A stretch of 64,000 nt of DNA, from positions 29,112,912 through 29,176,911 of the forward strand of contig NC_092675.1 in NCBI RefSeq assembly GCF_964355755.1, in the 5' to 3' direction. The position numbers and the translations under genes are program-made. Under the pieces are notes generated by a model. The model worked only from the letters and a program-made list of their open reading frames with translations. It was not told the origin of the DNA and made no database searches. Below, piece after piece: positions 53,524 through 64,000 of this stretch. The stretch comes from Antedon mediterranea (Eukaryota > Animalia > Echinodermata). Numbering within the stretch: the stretch's first letter is position 1; each line of letters starts with the position of its first letter.

Positions 53524-53955
53524 ACCTCATTGTTATGTAATCTACCCATTAATCATTTGTTAATGTTGTTGGCGCTCCATACCTTTTACAATCGTCTTGG
53601 CCTCATTGTTATGTAATGTACCCATTAATCATTTGTTAATGTTGGCGCTTCATACCTATTTACAATCGTCTTGGCCTCATTGTTATGTAATGTACCCATT
53701 AATCATTTGTTAATGTTGTTGGCGCTCCATACCTTTTACAATCGTCTTGGCCTCATTGTTATGTAATGTACCCATTAATCATTTGTTAATGTTGTTGGCG
53801 CTCCATACCTTTTACAATCGTCTTGGCCTCATTGTTATGTAATGTACCCATTAATCATTTGTTAATGTTGGCGCTTCATACCTATTTACAATCGTCTTGG
53901 CCTCATTGTTATGTAATGTACCCATTAATACTTCATTAATGTTAGCGCTTCATAA
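53524..53955. repeat. 74/76-bp tandem repeat, ~5.5 units, each containing GTTATGTAAT (NFIL3/PAR D-box)
   Basis: Motif starts at 53532, 53608, 53682, 53758, 53834 and 53908, with spacings 76, 74, 76, 76, 74. Confidence 0.92.
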
Positions 53956-54069
53956 CTGAAGGCCTGGCCAAGGTTCACGCTAATGTTTAGCTGGTTGGTA
54001 TTTATGAATGAAGTACGACGTACCCATTGAGTCACTTTAAGTCACTACTCAAAACTCACCTTTTCTGAT

Positions 54070-54123
54070 TTTTTCTACAGCGCCATGAGCAATGAATGTT
54101 GGAATGGCGCTATATAAATCGAA

Positions 54124-54162
<39 letters not shown>
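54070..54162 (+). mobile_element. 3' tail of an L2-type LINE/SINE ending in (GATT)n
   Basis: AGCGCCATGAG...ATGGCGCTATATAAAT stem-loop followed by a (GATT)n tail. Confidence 0.55.
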
Positions 54163-54166
<4 letters not shown>

Positions 54167-56907
54167 AAATTAATGTTGTATTGACCTATAATACAAGTTG
54201 ATGATGTTGGCGCTCCATACCTTTTTTACAATAGTCTTGACCAAGTTGGATTACAGCGAATGGCATTGAATGAAGGACGAGATAGGCTGTTGTCCTCCTG
54301 GCTGGTTACGTAATTTTAGACCTCGTAGGTATTCGCGATCTATTGGGGAAAGTCTCAAGAATTGCTGCATGGTCAAATGGTCAAACATTCTTCGCGGCAG
54401 ATGAACTTCCAAGGTCTTATAAATAACAAAATACAAATAATTAAATTATGTACAAAACAATAATGAGCACCTTTGTTTCTTTCAGTACAGTTTTGCATAA
54501 AGTAATCACGCTTTTGTTTAAATTAATAACATATTACCATAACATAGTTAAAAACTAACTTTTTTGTAGTTAAAAATTATTATTGGTTTTTTTTTTGTGA
54601 CCGCTGCTGATCTTTCGTCCTTTATTTTAGTTCTGGTGAGCCATATCAGACATCAGCGAACAATCTTCGATGTTTAATGTTATTACACTATGCATTATAT
54701 AGAAACATTTGATATAAAATTCTAAAAATATCATGTCCTGCATAATGTGCTGGGCGACGACGCGTCCTTAATTATGTTGATAACGGCGTAAGATGTTATA
54801 TAGAGTCGTAAGCAGGTTATTAGCGTAATATAATGTAATGCTTGAAAGTAAAGTACAATAAAATGCTTTGTATTGTGAGCAGACACGTCATGAGCAATGG
54901 AAATTCATTTATAAATGGTTTGTGTGTCTAAAAAAGTCATTATATTTACAAGAAAGATTCACGGTCCTTAACTTCCTAATTTGGCAATTGTTCTGTAGGC
55001 CTATATCACTATTTACTGTTTATCATTATTGCTACGCAGTAGGCTACCTGCAGTGTCGTCTAAATTATACACTTATTTATTATGTAATAAGAATTAAAAC
55101 AGTAAAAAAAAATATGTATATATATATATGCCAACTGTATCTTTATTATTTAGAATCTGTAATATTAATTTCGTTAACTGATAATAATTTGTTTAAAGCC
55201 CATCAATATGCAATCAATAAAATAGAACAGCAGAAAATAAATTTAGAAAAAACTATAAAAAAAAGTTGGCAATAGGCTATATTATTATTATAAACAAAAG
55301 CATATAAACAAAAGCATGATCACATAATTAGTTTTAACAACAACTTTAATCACATTAAATGTTTTGTGTGAGAGGTAGAATTATAGACCTGATAATGAAA
55401 ACTTGTTTTGTTGTCTGCGCTTTTCCCTCCTTGGGATTACCCACTCACCCTAATTCATCCAGGGACAAACTGTATGAAGGCGGCCTTCAGTGTGTGAACG
55501 TGCGGCCTTATGGTCATTAAGCTTAGGCCTACAATCTCTACAGGCCTACCCCTATAATTTCCATTAGTACAGGTGTTTTTGTATTTTTTAAAGAAGGTCT
55601 GTGATACAACACGCCAATGTTAGATTTAAAATACCAAAAATAGAACAAATTATTTTATATAATAAATTGAACCGATTGAACGTGTATAAAACCTTGAATA
55701 AAAATTATCGTTTATTGTATTCGAACAGACTTATACAGAAACTGGGTGGGGCCTACAGTCTGAATGATGTATTGTATATTATTTGGGCCAATGGCCATAG
55801 GGCCTAATAAATGTCTGAATGATACATCTGTGCTCCCCGCGCGCTCCCCCCCCCCCCCCATTGATAAAAACTTATTTAAACAAATTGTGTAACAGGAATT
55901 CTGAAACATTAGACTTCGTTATTGGAATAAATTACTGTACAGAATGACCAGCGACCATTGGTGCATCCTAGTAGTAGGCCTACTACTAGTATACATTTTT
56001 TGCCTGTTTTATTAGGCAATGTTCAAATGTTGCGAATATTCTAGGTTTTGCATTGCAACTTTTTAACGGATTACAGAATAATATAAAGTTATGTAATCTC
56101 ATGGGGCTGAATCAATAAGCGTTGTCATCATGTAGGCCTACAGTAATCATGTTGTCGGCTCAATTCGCTGAAGCATGGTCAATCGGAGTAAGTCTGGGCA
56201 TGCGTACAAAGCTCCTCTTATTCTTATGCAACACTGTTATTGTGGTGAATGTAAAGGGCAGGAAACACAAACTTTTTCATGAAAAACAGTTGATTGTAGC
56301 CAATTAATACCCATACAGAATGTGATGTAATAGGCTTTGTGTTGTCCTCGTTTGCTAGTTGTTCAGTATTGTAATCATTAATAACAATGATGGCAGGGCA
56401 TGATACGAACTCTCTAATTATTTGTGTATAGGCTGCTTATTATGCAATATTCGCTGTACTCTACACAACAAAAACCAGAGAGGTATATTATACCTCTCCC
56501 TGACAATTCCAATTTCTAAACTAATTCCTATAATAAAAACTAGTTTTAAATCTAAATTTCTATTTTAAACTAATTTCTATAATAGCAATTAGTTTAGAAT
56601 TTGGATTTATACATTTTTTTTAATAACAAAGCAATCGAAATAATGATGATTTAAAAAGTTATCCTTTACAATTTCGTTCGAATTGTTTACTTGCTCAATC
56701 ATCAACATTTTATGGCCTACTATATTCTATTTTTTTTGTGGTATTTCTAGCAATCCTAGGACTTGAATTAAGTTTTAATTAAACACCAATTCCTAGTAAG
56801 ATGTAATTAATTAGTTCTTAAATTAAAAAAACCAAAAACATATAGTTATATAACACAAGAAATAAAGCAGTATTTCATATACAAGAAGAATACAAAAATG
56901 AAATGCC

Positions 56908-57275
56908 AATGATGTGTTAAAACCATCATAATTCATAGTATTACAATGTAGTTATATAATTTTCATTTCTGTGTCTTATTTATATGTGTTGTTTGCTTTT
57001 GAATGTTTTGTTTGGGCGTCCCAGACACAAGCTTTGCTTTTTTGGTGACGCCACCATTTTTTGGAAATAAATGTTGATTTTGATTGAATTATTATACATT
57101 TTAAAGTTATAAGCTATAATTTAAAATTGAGTATGGCCTTTAAATTACACTTATGAAAATGAAAAGTTACAATGATGTGTTAAAACCATCATAGCATTAC
57201 AATGTAGTTATATAATTATTATACAATTTTAAAAGTTATAAGCTATAATTTAAAATTGATTATGGCCTTTAAATG
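56908..57275. repeat. Local duplication interrupted by a retroelement-like 3' end
   Basis: CAATGATGTGTTAAAACCATCATA...TTACAATGTAGTTATATAATT and AAAGTTATAAGCTATAATTTAAAATTGA each occur twice. The stem-loop containing ACAAGCTTTGCTTTTT (about 57027) also occurs reversed at about 52455. Confidence 0.55.
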
Positions 57276-58457
57276 ACCCTTAAAGTGCGTGCTGTCCTTA
57301 AAAAAAAGTACTAGGTTACAAAGTTGATTCATAGAGATCATAGAACTAGGTCATCCCATTCATTAATAACCAATCAGCATTCCCATATTTATAAAAGCTG
57401 AAGGTACTACGTGACCTTGACTGGATTGTGACCGGATTGTAGTGTTGGCGCATGCGTAATGACGTATTACGTAAGGTACGATAGATATTGAGTCGCCTTG
57501 AATCTGGTGATATAATAAGGTAGTGTGTGCACGAATCAGGTTATTCTTAGATCATCACCAGTTAGGAAACTTACATCCAGGCAAGCTTTTTAGGAATATC
57601 TATACATAGATAGGCCTACGTTACCGTACTATAGATAGAGGTAGGTGGTTAAAGATCAGTACAGTGAAATAGGGTTGGTGAAATCTGTGTGCAAACTTTT
57701 CCTAAATAGGGCCGGGCTGAATTAAAAACGTGGAATGTGGGTGAACAGAGCATCCGTATTTTATATAATTTGTTAATATTTCTGACCTAATAGTCATACT
57801 GTTACACAATCCGTTGAGTAGAAAGGCAGGGCAATTTTTTTTTTCATTATGAACTGTTTGTAAATGCAATTTTACAATCGAAACAGAAATAGTTATTTGA
57901 TTTTGATTGATCAATGCATGGGTTATTCAATTCGATTGATTGATTTATAAGATTGATTAATTTATAAATTGTATTGATTTTTAAGGTTTATTAGGATTTA
58001 TAAGGGTGATTGAGATCTATATAATATTATTATTTACATCCCGTCTTTTCAATTTGGTTTTTCTTCTGCAAACCCATACAACATGCATTTCTATATTGTA
58101 TTTCGTTTGTAGGATTAATTACTATACTGTACTATCTTATAATTAAATTGTCCTATTATTAATAACACACTATGAAAATAAACAATACCAATTACGTCAT
58201 ATTATGTAACAGTGTTTATTCAATTTTTGTTTAAAAACCATTGGAAGTATATATATACACAAAGTCAAGTTTAGATTGTTGTATTCGCTTGATAGAAAGC
58301 GATGCGTATAAATAAAGAAAAAAAAAGCACTGAAGACAACGCTGATAACTCTCCGCCGTCTGACCGGTCCACAGCTCGCATATGACAACGGAAAACAACT
58401 GTTGTAGAAAATGTCCTAACTGTAAATTAACTGAAACATTTTGTTTTGTTCTTCCAG

Positions 58458-60191
58458 GTTTTAACAGAATCAAAACTTTCTGGGATTGATCTTTACAACT
58501 ATCATTCGATGTTGAAGAAATCCATCGAGGAGCCTCAAGACTTAACCACCAGGTCGTCGTCAACGGAACGATCTCCAGATCGTCAAACCAGTTCATCATT
58601 CATTTCTAGTCCGGTGGCACAAACTTACTTCTCAGACAGCCTTAAACCGCCATTCAGTATGCCAATTAAACAAGAAACACTTGATAACAACTTTGATAAC
58701 GCATTTCGTCACATGCCCGCTCAGTTCAAATCAGTCAAAATGGAATCGATGGAAAGTAATGAGTTTAAAAATGCTGCAGCTCGCAAAGAAAGAGCGTTCA
58801 TGCCAGATAATAGGAAAGACGATTGCTACTGGATGAAGCGAAGAAAGAACAATGAGGCAGCGAAACGATCACGAGAAAAAAGACGAGCCATCGATAGCAT
58901 GTTGGAAAACACAGTGGTTGTACTAAACGAAGAAAATTCACGTTTAAAGCGGGAGTTGGAATTGTTTAAAGAGGGTAAAATAATGGAAATACCGAAACTC
59001 TCCAATACCGCTTCTCCCCCAGTTGCCCATATTCAAGTCAAAGAGACAATAAATGATCAGATTGGTCGAAATTATGATTTAATAAACCGAAACGCACATG
59101 GACTTATTTCTTTCGGCGGAATGCCTTCTATTTGTTCGGAACAATATATATCTCAAGTTGTTAATAGGAGTAAACAAGTTTACTATCCAGTTTCTTCGTT
59201 GAACGCAACGTCTCCATTTGAAACAAACGCTACCGGCGCATTCTTCCAAAATTGGCCGTGTGATTCAAAAGTAGGAATTATTTCAAAAGGACATTTCCAT
59301 TCTGACGAACCGGTAACAAAGAAACTAAAGGTAGACTGCACCGATTATGTTATATCTACAAAGACTGATCTAGTTCACAGTGATATTGATAATAACTCTG
59401 ATGATGCATCAAAAAGTGATGGTGACGTCAGTCAGCGTTCTTCGCCGCTTAGTCTTGGTCGCTTGTCTCCCACCCACAGTGCGTTCGCTAGTGGTATTGA
59501 CGCGAAACGATTACCGTATAAACTACGCGCTAAAGTCGGCGCTCTTTCTCCAACACAAATGAATACACCAGACTCTCCAAAACTTACATCAGATATAGAG
59601 AACAATAAGTCTCTGTCGAGAGATAATTTAGAGAGATTTAACGCCGACGACAATACCCAATCAGATCTTTGTAGCGTACGTCTTCAAATTGGCGGGATTT
59701 GTACTCCGCCTTCTAGCAATACAAGTGAAGATATACCAATTGTGGAAAATGCGCAAAAACTTCCCGCCATTACAGTTGAGAAAAGAAAGGACACTCATTC
59801 GATTGAAATTAAACAAGAACCTTTAGATTGGAATGATAACATTGAGTCTTCTGACGCCGAAGCAACTCGGTTAAGCCGCGATAGAATGCTGAAGGCCGCA
59901 CAAGCGTTAACGGAAATGGAAGCGTCGGAAGAAAAGACGACGGCGGAGCAAGATGATCAATCTACAAAGATGTTGTCATCTGATACGAAATACTGGGAGA
60001 AGCGACGCCGCAACAATCTTGCCGCGCGGAAATGTCGCGAATCTAAACGTCTTCTTCACGAATATCGATGTGCGCGCGCATCATACTTAGAACATGAAAA
60101 TAATCAACTTCATTCAGAAATCAGCATGCTAACTAAAGATGTAACCAATCTGAAAGAAATGTTAAAAGCCAAACAACTTAGAGTTGCATGA
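58458..60191 (+). CDS. NFIL3: NFIL3/E4BP4/vrille-like bZIP transcription factor with a second, C-terminal PAR-type bZIP (main coding exon)
   Basis: Long ORF after a polypyrimidine/CAG acceptor ending at 58457. bZIP1 is RKERAFMPDNRKDDCYWMKRRKNNEAAKRSREKRR...LNEENSRLKREL (NFIL3 type). LPYKLRAK resembles the NFIL3/vrille LPHKLR motif. bZIP2 is DTKYWEKRRRNNLAARKCRESKR...LEHENNQLHSEISMLTKDVTNLKEML. AATAAA at about 60592. Confidence 0.88.
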   Translation, partial: VLTESKLSGIDLYNYHSMLKKSIEEPQDLTTRSSSTERSPDRQTSSSFISSPVAQTYFSDSLKPPFSMPIKQETLDNNFDNAFRHMPAQFKSVKMESMESNEFKNAAARKERAFMPDNRKDDCYWMKRRKNNEAAKRSREKRRAIDSMLENTVVVLNEENSRLKRELELFKEGKIMEIPKLSNTASPPVAHIQVKETINDQIGRNYDLINRNAHGLISFGGMPSICSEQYISQVVNRSKQVYYPVSSLNATSPFETNATGAFFQNWPCDSKVGIISKGHFHSDEPVTKKLKVDCTDYVISTKTDLVHSDIDNNSDDASKSDGDVSQRSSPLSLGRLSPTHSAFASGIDAKRLPYKLRAKVGALSPTQMNTPDSPKLTSDIENNKSLSRDNLERFNADDNTQSDLCSVRLQIGGICTPPSSNTSEDIPIVENAQKLPAITVEKRKDTHSIEIKQEPLDWNDNIESSDAEATRLSRDRMLKAAQALTEMEASEEKTTAEQDDQSTKMLSSDTKYWEKRRRNNLAARKCRESKRLLHEYRCARASYLEHENNQLHSEISMLTKDVTNLKEMLKAKQLRVA

Positions 60192-61218
60192 ATGACGGTC
60201 GAAAGGATCTTTAAAAAAATTATTTAAAAACACATTAATTATGGCTGCAAAATGTAAAAGGGCATGAGTTAAAAAACTTAACTCTAACCAGGGAAGAAGA
60301 GTGAAATTATTCACTATTCCTTGCTCTAACTGCTTGAACTCAACGATGTATTCATTACAACAAAACAATTACTACTATACACTAGTAGACAATGGCAGCA
60401 GAAGGACAGCATAACAGTGATAACACGTGATTTTAACAAACAGGGAAAAGTTCTATTTTCCCTGGTAATATTTGAACACTTGTAAAGTTTATACGAAGCG
60501 TATTTTCTGTTTATGTTTTACTGGAGGAGAAAGTGATTGTTTATAATTTATGTACTGTACTGTATATCGTATTTTAATCGTCTGCATTATCAATAAAGTA
60601 AAAATTAAACAATATTGTTTGGTACTAAATATGTCGTTGTCGTATAACTATAAATCATGGATAAAAACTGTAGATATTTTATATATAGGCCTACATATTT
60701 TATCCCTGTCGTAATACTCGTTTGTAACAGGACCTGGCCATAAAATTATTCTTCCTTCTAATTACATAACCTACCATATAGTGTATTATTACAGTATTAT
60801 ATTTGAAGGTGCCACCAAGATCTATTGGCGTTAGCACTGGTTATTTCGACCCGCTGGTTCAAACTTCATAAACCAAATTTTGTTTTGTAATACTAATACA
60901 CGGCATAATGTCCACCGCCGGCCTATGATAATGTGTGTCTCGAAACGAACCTTAGTTTATAGACTATAGTACTGTATAAAGAAAAACTTGTCACCGTTTT
61001 AATTTCTGTGCAATGTCAGGCGATTTTAGCATTTCATACTTTCATAAATTACAACGTTTTGGTGGCAGCAAACATTTTTAACGATCGTGTGAGAGGGTGG
61101 TAGACTACTAGACAGGTGGTGGTGTTTGTCAGAGTGTGTGTACCCGGTCCGGTGTGTCTAAAAACTAGGCCTGGACCTAAAACTAGAAGAAGTTAATAGC
61201 GTGAGGATTTACCCAAAT

Positions 61219-62652
61219 ATGAATAAGTTTACCAATGATGGAAGCTTTATGGAACAGTTTAGAAAAAGAATGGAATGTCAGAAAAGCAACAATAAAGGAG
61301 ATGAAACTGATAATGTAGGCCGTGTAAGCCGTTCGGACGGAGACGAGGAAGCTGCTGACAAGGAAAGTGACAGTGGAATTCGCCGCGGTGATGAGTATTC
61401 TGTGACAAAACCAGATAATGTAACTGGGCCTAGCCCTACCACATCAAGTCCATCTAATAAAACGGGTATTGTTGCTGATGCTACAAATAAATCTGACAAT
61501 AAAGTCAATTCTGTGGATGTCAATGATGGATCAGTTGCAGTAAAAAAGAAAAAAAGTGTATTATCATTTGTAAGAAAGATGTATAATTAATAAATACAGT
61601 AGGCCTAGGCCTAGTTTAAATTAATAAATACTAGCTAGGCCTCCTACTACTAGGAACATTTTTTATTTCAATATATTTATTATACATTATTTTTGTACAT
61701 AGTAAACAAGGTCAAGATAATAAATAACCTTGTTTTGATCTGATGGTAACTAGGTCTAACAGGAAGTCTGATTTATCATGAATGTCACCTAACATTTCTG
61801 TTTTGCGATCTTCATTTCTGAAATAGTGGACATATCCTGCCAAGCCCATCTAGCCTTGTTACTAAGGTTGACCGACAATTTATTTTTAATCGCATTATTA
61901 TCAAAAACTAGACACTTTTCCTACAAAATTATACAAAATAATTCTTTACTTCAACCTCCTAATTGGTGAACACTTGCAATAAATGGTTAGTGTCATTTAT
62001 TTCGCTAGGTTGGTAAGAGGCCGGGGTCGAAGTTGGCCCTCAAGACCGGTCAGGTGAAGAAGAAACGTCAGCAGGTAACGTTTATCCATACTGCCCTCTG
62101 AGGCTCAATTGTGGATCTGATTTTTATCAGTACTGTAGTGTCTGTACATCTTTTTACAGTGTAACATGCACTACTAATGATTTGCAGTAACAGTGCTTGC
62201 TTCAGAAAAAATAAACGTTTCATCAATACAGTACCATCAAAGCTTTTGGTTGCTAAGGTATTGGTTGCTAAGGTACTGGTTGCTAAGGTACTGTACGGTA
62301 AATGACATGACTTTACCATGGTCCACCGTTTTATATAAATTGCGCTTAAATATAAAATGTGACTCTCTGCTGAGGATTTGGGGTGGGTGGTGAATATTGA
62401 AAATTTCAGAGGCGAGCTCTGCCTCATGTTGGCTACGGCCCTGGTTGTTAATCACCTACTAAAACAACAATCGCTGAAAACGCCAAAAGGTAATGCTTAG
62501 TTGAATATCATTCACTGACAATTTAGAATTTATTCTCTTTGTAGGAGGAGAAGAGTGGCTCGTCAGATTCCTGGTCACAATATATGGCAGAAGTTAAAAA
62601 GTTCAGCAAAGGTCTTGATGATGATAATAAAAATAGACCACTAATCAAATGA
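61219..62652 (+). CDS. TRIR: Telomerase RNA component-interacting RNase (C19orf43) homolog, 3 exons, 174 aa
   Basis: Exons 61219-61569, 62009-62074, 62545-62652, all phase 0. Motifs NKFTNDGSFMEQFRKRME, VLSFVGKRPGSKLALKTGQVKKK and DSWSQYMAEVKKF...DDDNKNRPLIK* match the TRIR family. Confidence 0.9.
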
Positions 62653-64000
62653 AATCAACATTATTTTATTTACATTTATTTATTTTTATTAGTTATTAGT
62701 ATTTGTCACCCCAAAAACATGGAAAATAAAGAAAAATAAAATCAGACTTTGAATAGATTATTTTGTAGTTTTAATAAAGTTAATCACTTCCGTAGAAAAA
62801 AAAGGGAACAAAATTAATGTTTTCACTTATAAAATGACCAAAAAAAATGGTTAAATTCAACGAAAAACCCATTGGCTTGTAGCCAATTTGACTATTTTTT
62901 GCTTTAAATTACAGTTTTTTAGGTAAAAAAATTTGTTTATCCAATTTTTGGTCAAAGTGGATAACAATTAGATGACATTAAGAATTATTTTTTCAGGGGG
63001 ACAATACATCTTTAAATGTGATTGTTAGTAGTGGGAAAGAAAAGTCTTGGTAAAGCTTTCTAATTAGTTACTTCATGTAGTACAGTATTGTTTTTCCAGT
63101 CCCTAATTAAAACAATACATATTTTCACTTTTGTATTTGATAAGATAATTAATAAGATTGCTTTAAGTGTGTATTGAGCAATATTTGTATAAGTTTTTAT
63201 GTTTAGTATTGTAAAAATTCAATACAGTATATTGTTTGTAAATTCATATATTTTGTAAGAAATATTACCGTATTTACATTTGTATTAAAAAAAGAAAACA
63301 AACATTACCGCTTATTATACTGACGTAGAGAATTGATGATGGAAAATCACTTGTTCATAGGATTGTACGACGACATATGTCATACAGTGTATTGTCACAC
63401 CCCAGTCCCCACTTGGATGCAATGACGTAGACACAAATGAGTTGACTATTTATAGTGATAGTTCCATTGCATCGTGATTGTTGCGTCCTTGCGTTACGTC
63501 CAAGTGAGGACCAAGTCTTTACTAGGAACCTTCTGGTCAAATGGTTTTCATCCTACTCGTCCTTTTTAGGAACAAGAATTGCCAGCTGCAAATTGTTTCA
63601 ATATTTTACTTTTTAAATAATGGTCTTCCAATCAATTGTGTACTGTACATAAATTTTGGTTACATAATGGCCATTTTACTTTTCAGGTCAATGTACAATA
63701 TTAGTATTATTATTATATTAGTACAATAGTTCTCAATCTTTTTATTGATAACATTTACAAAAACTAAGTTTGTATTGTATATATTAAAAGTTTTAGCTAA
63801 GAAAATTTATTAGTTTACTTTTTATTGCACTACATAGACTACTAAATAGAAAAACAACTCTACCAAATGCGATGAAAAAATCCACTTTTTAAAATTCAAT
63901 AATTATGCAATAATATTGCCATATATGCGCATATATTGTGTTATAAACATATTATATAGCCATAGTACCTAGTTATGGCAAAAAATAAAAGGGTGGAAAT

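Noticed and set aside
59380-59653. Antisense and alternative-frame ORFs over the bZIP exon (similarly 30195-30488, 32328-32618, 61278-61523)
   Set aside because: Shadows of real coding exons with no independent motifs.

Overview
AT-rich, intron-containing eukaryotic genomic DNA from an invertebrate animal. An echinoderm or other invertebrate deuterostome is a guess only. Five spliced genes could be assembled by hand with GT-AG junctions and consistent phases: (1) an SLC6 Na+/Cl--dependent glycine/amino-acid transporter (minus strand, 7633-15149, with an alternative first exon at 18108-18137); (2) HSDL2, an SDR plus SCP2 domain ending in SKL (plus, 22347-32607); (3) a 4-exon, 225-aa HD-motif protein resembling the mainly bacterial COG4339-type phosphohydrolases (minus, 33502-35279); (4) an NFIL3/E4BP4/vrille-like factor with two bZIP domains (plus, main exon 58458-60191, probable first exon 50062-50127); (5) TRIR/C19orf43 (plus, 61219-62652). 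The rest holds MITEs, a Helentron-type non-autonomous element, a nested DNA-transposon/foldback pair and minisatellites. The most striking signal is at the double-bZIP locus, which is loaded with its own family's binding site (RTTAYGTAAY). Six copies lie in a 74/76-bp intronic tandem array, suggesting a repeat-built autoregulatory module. Tiny 32-34 bp hairpins with 7-bp target duplications resemble P-element excision footprints. No database searches were run; family calls rest on recognised motifs.
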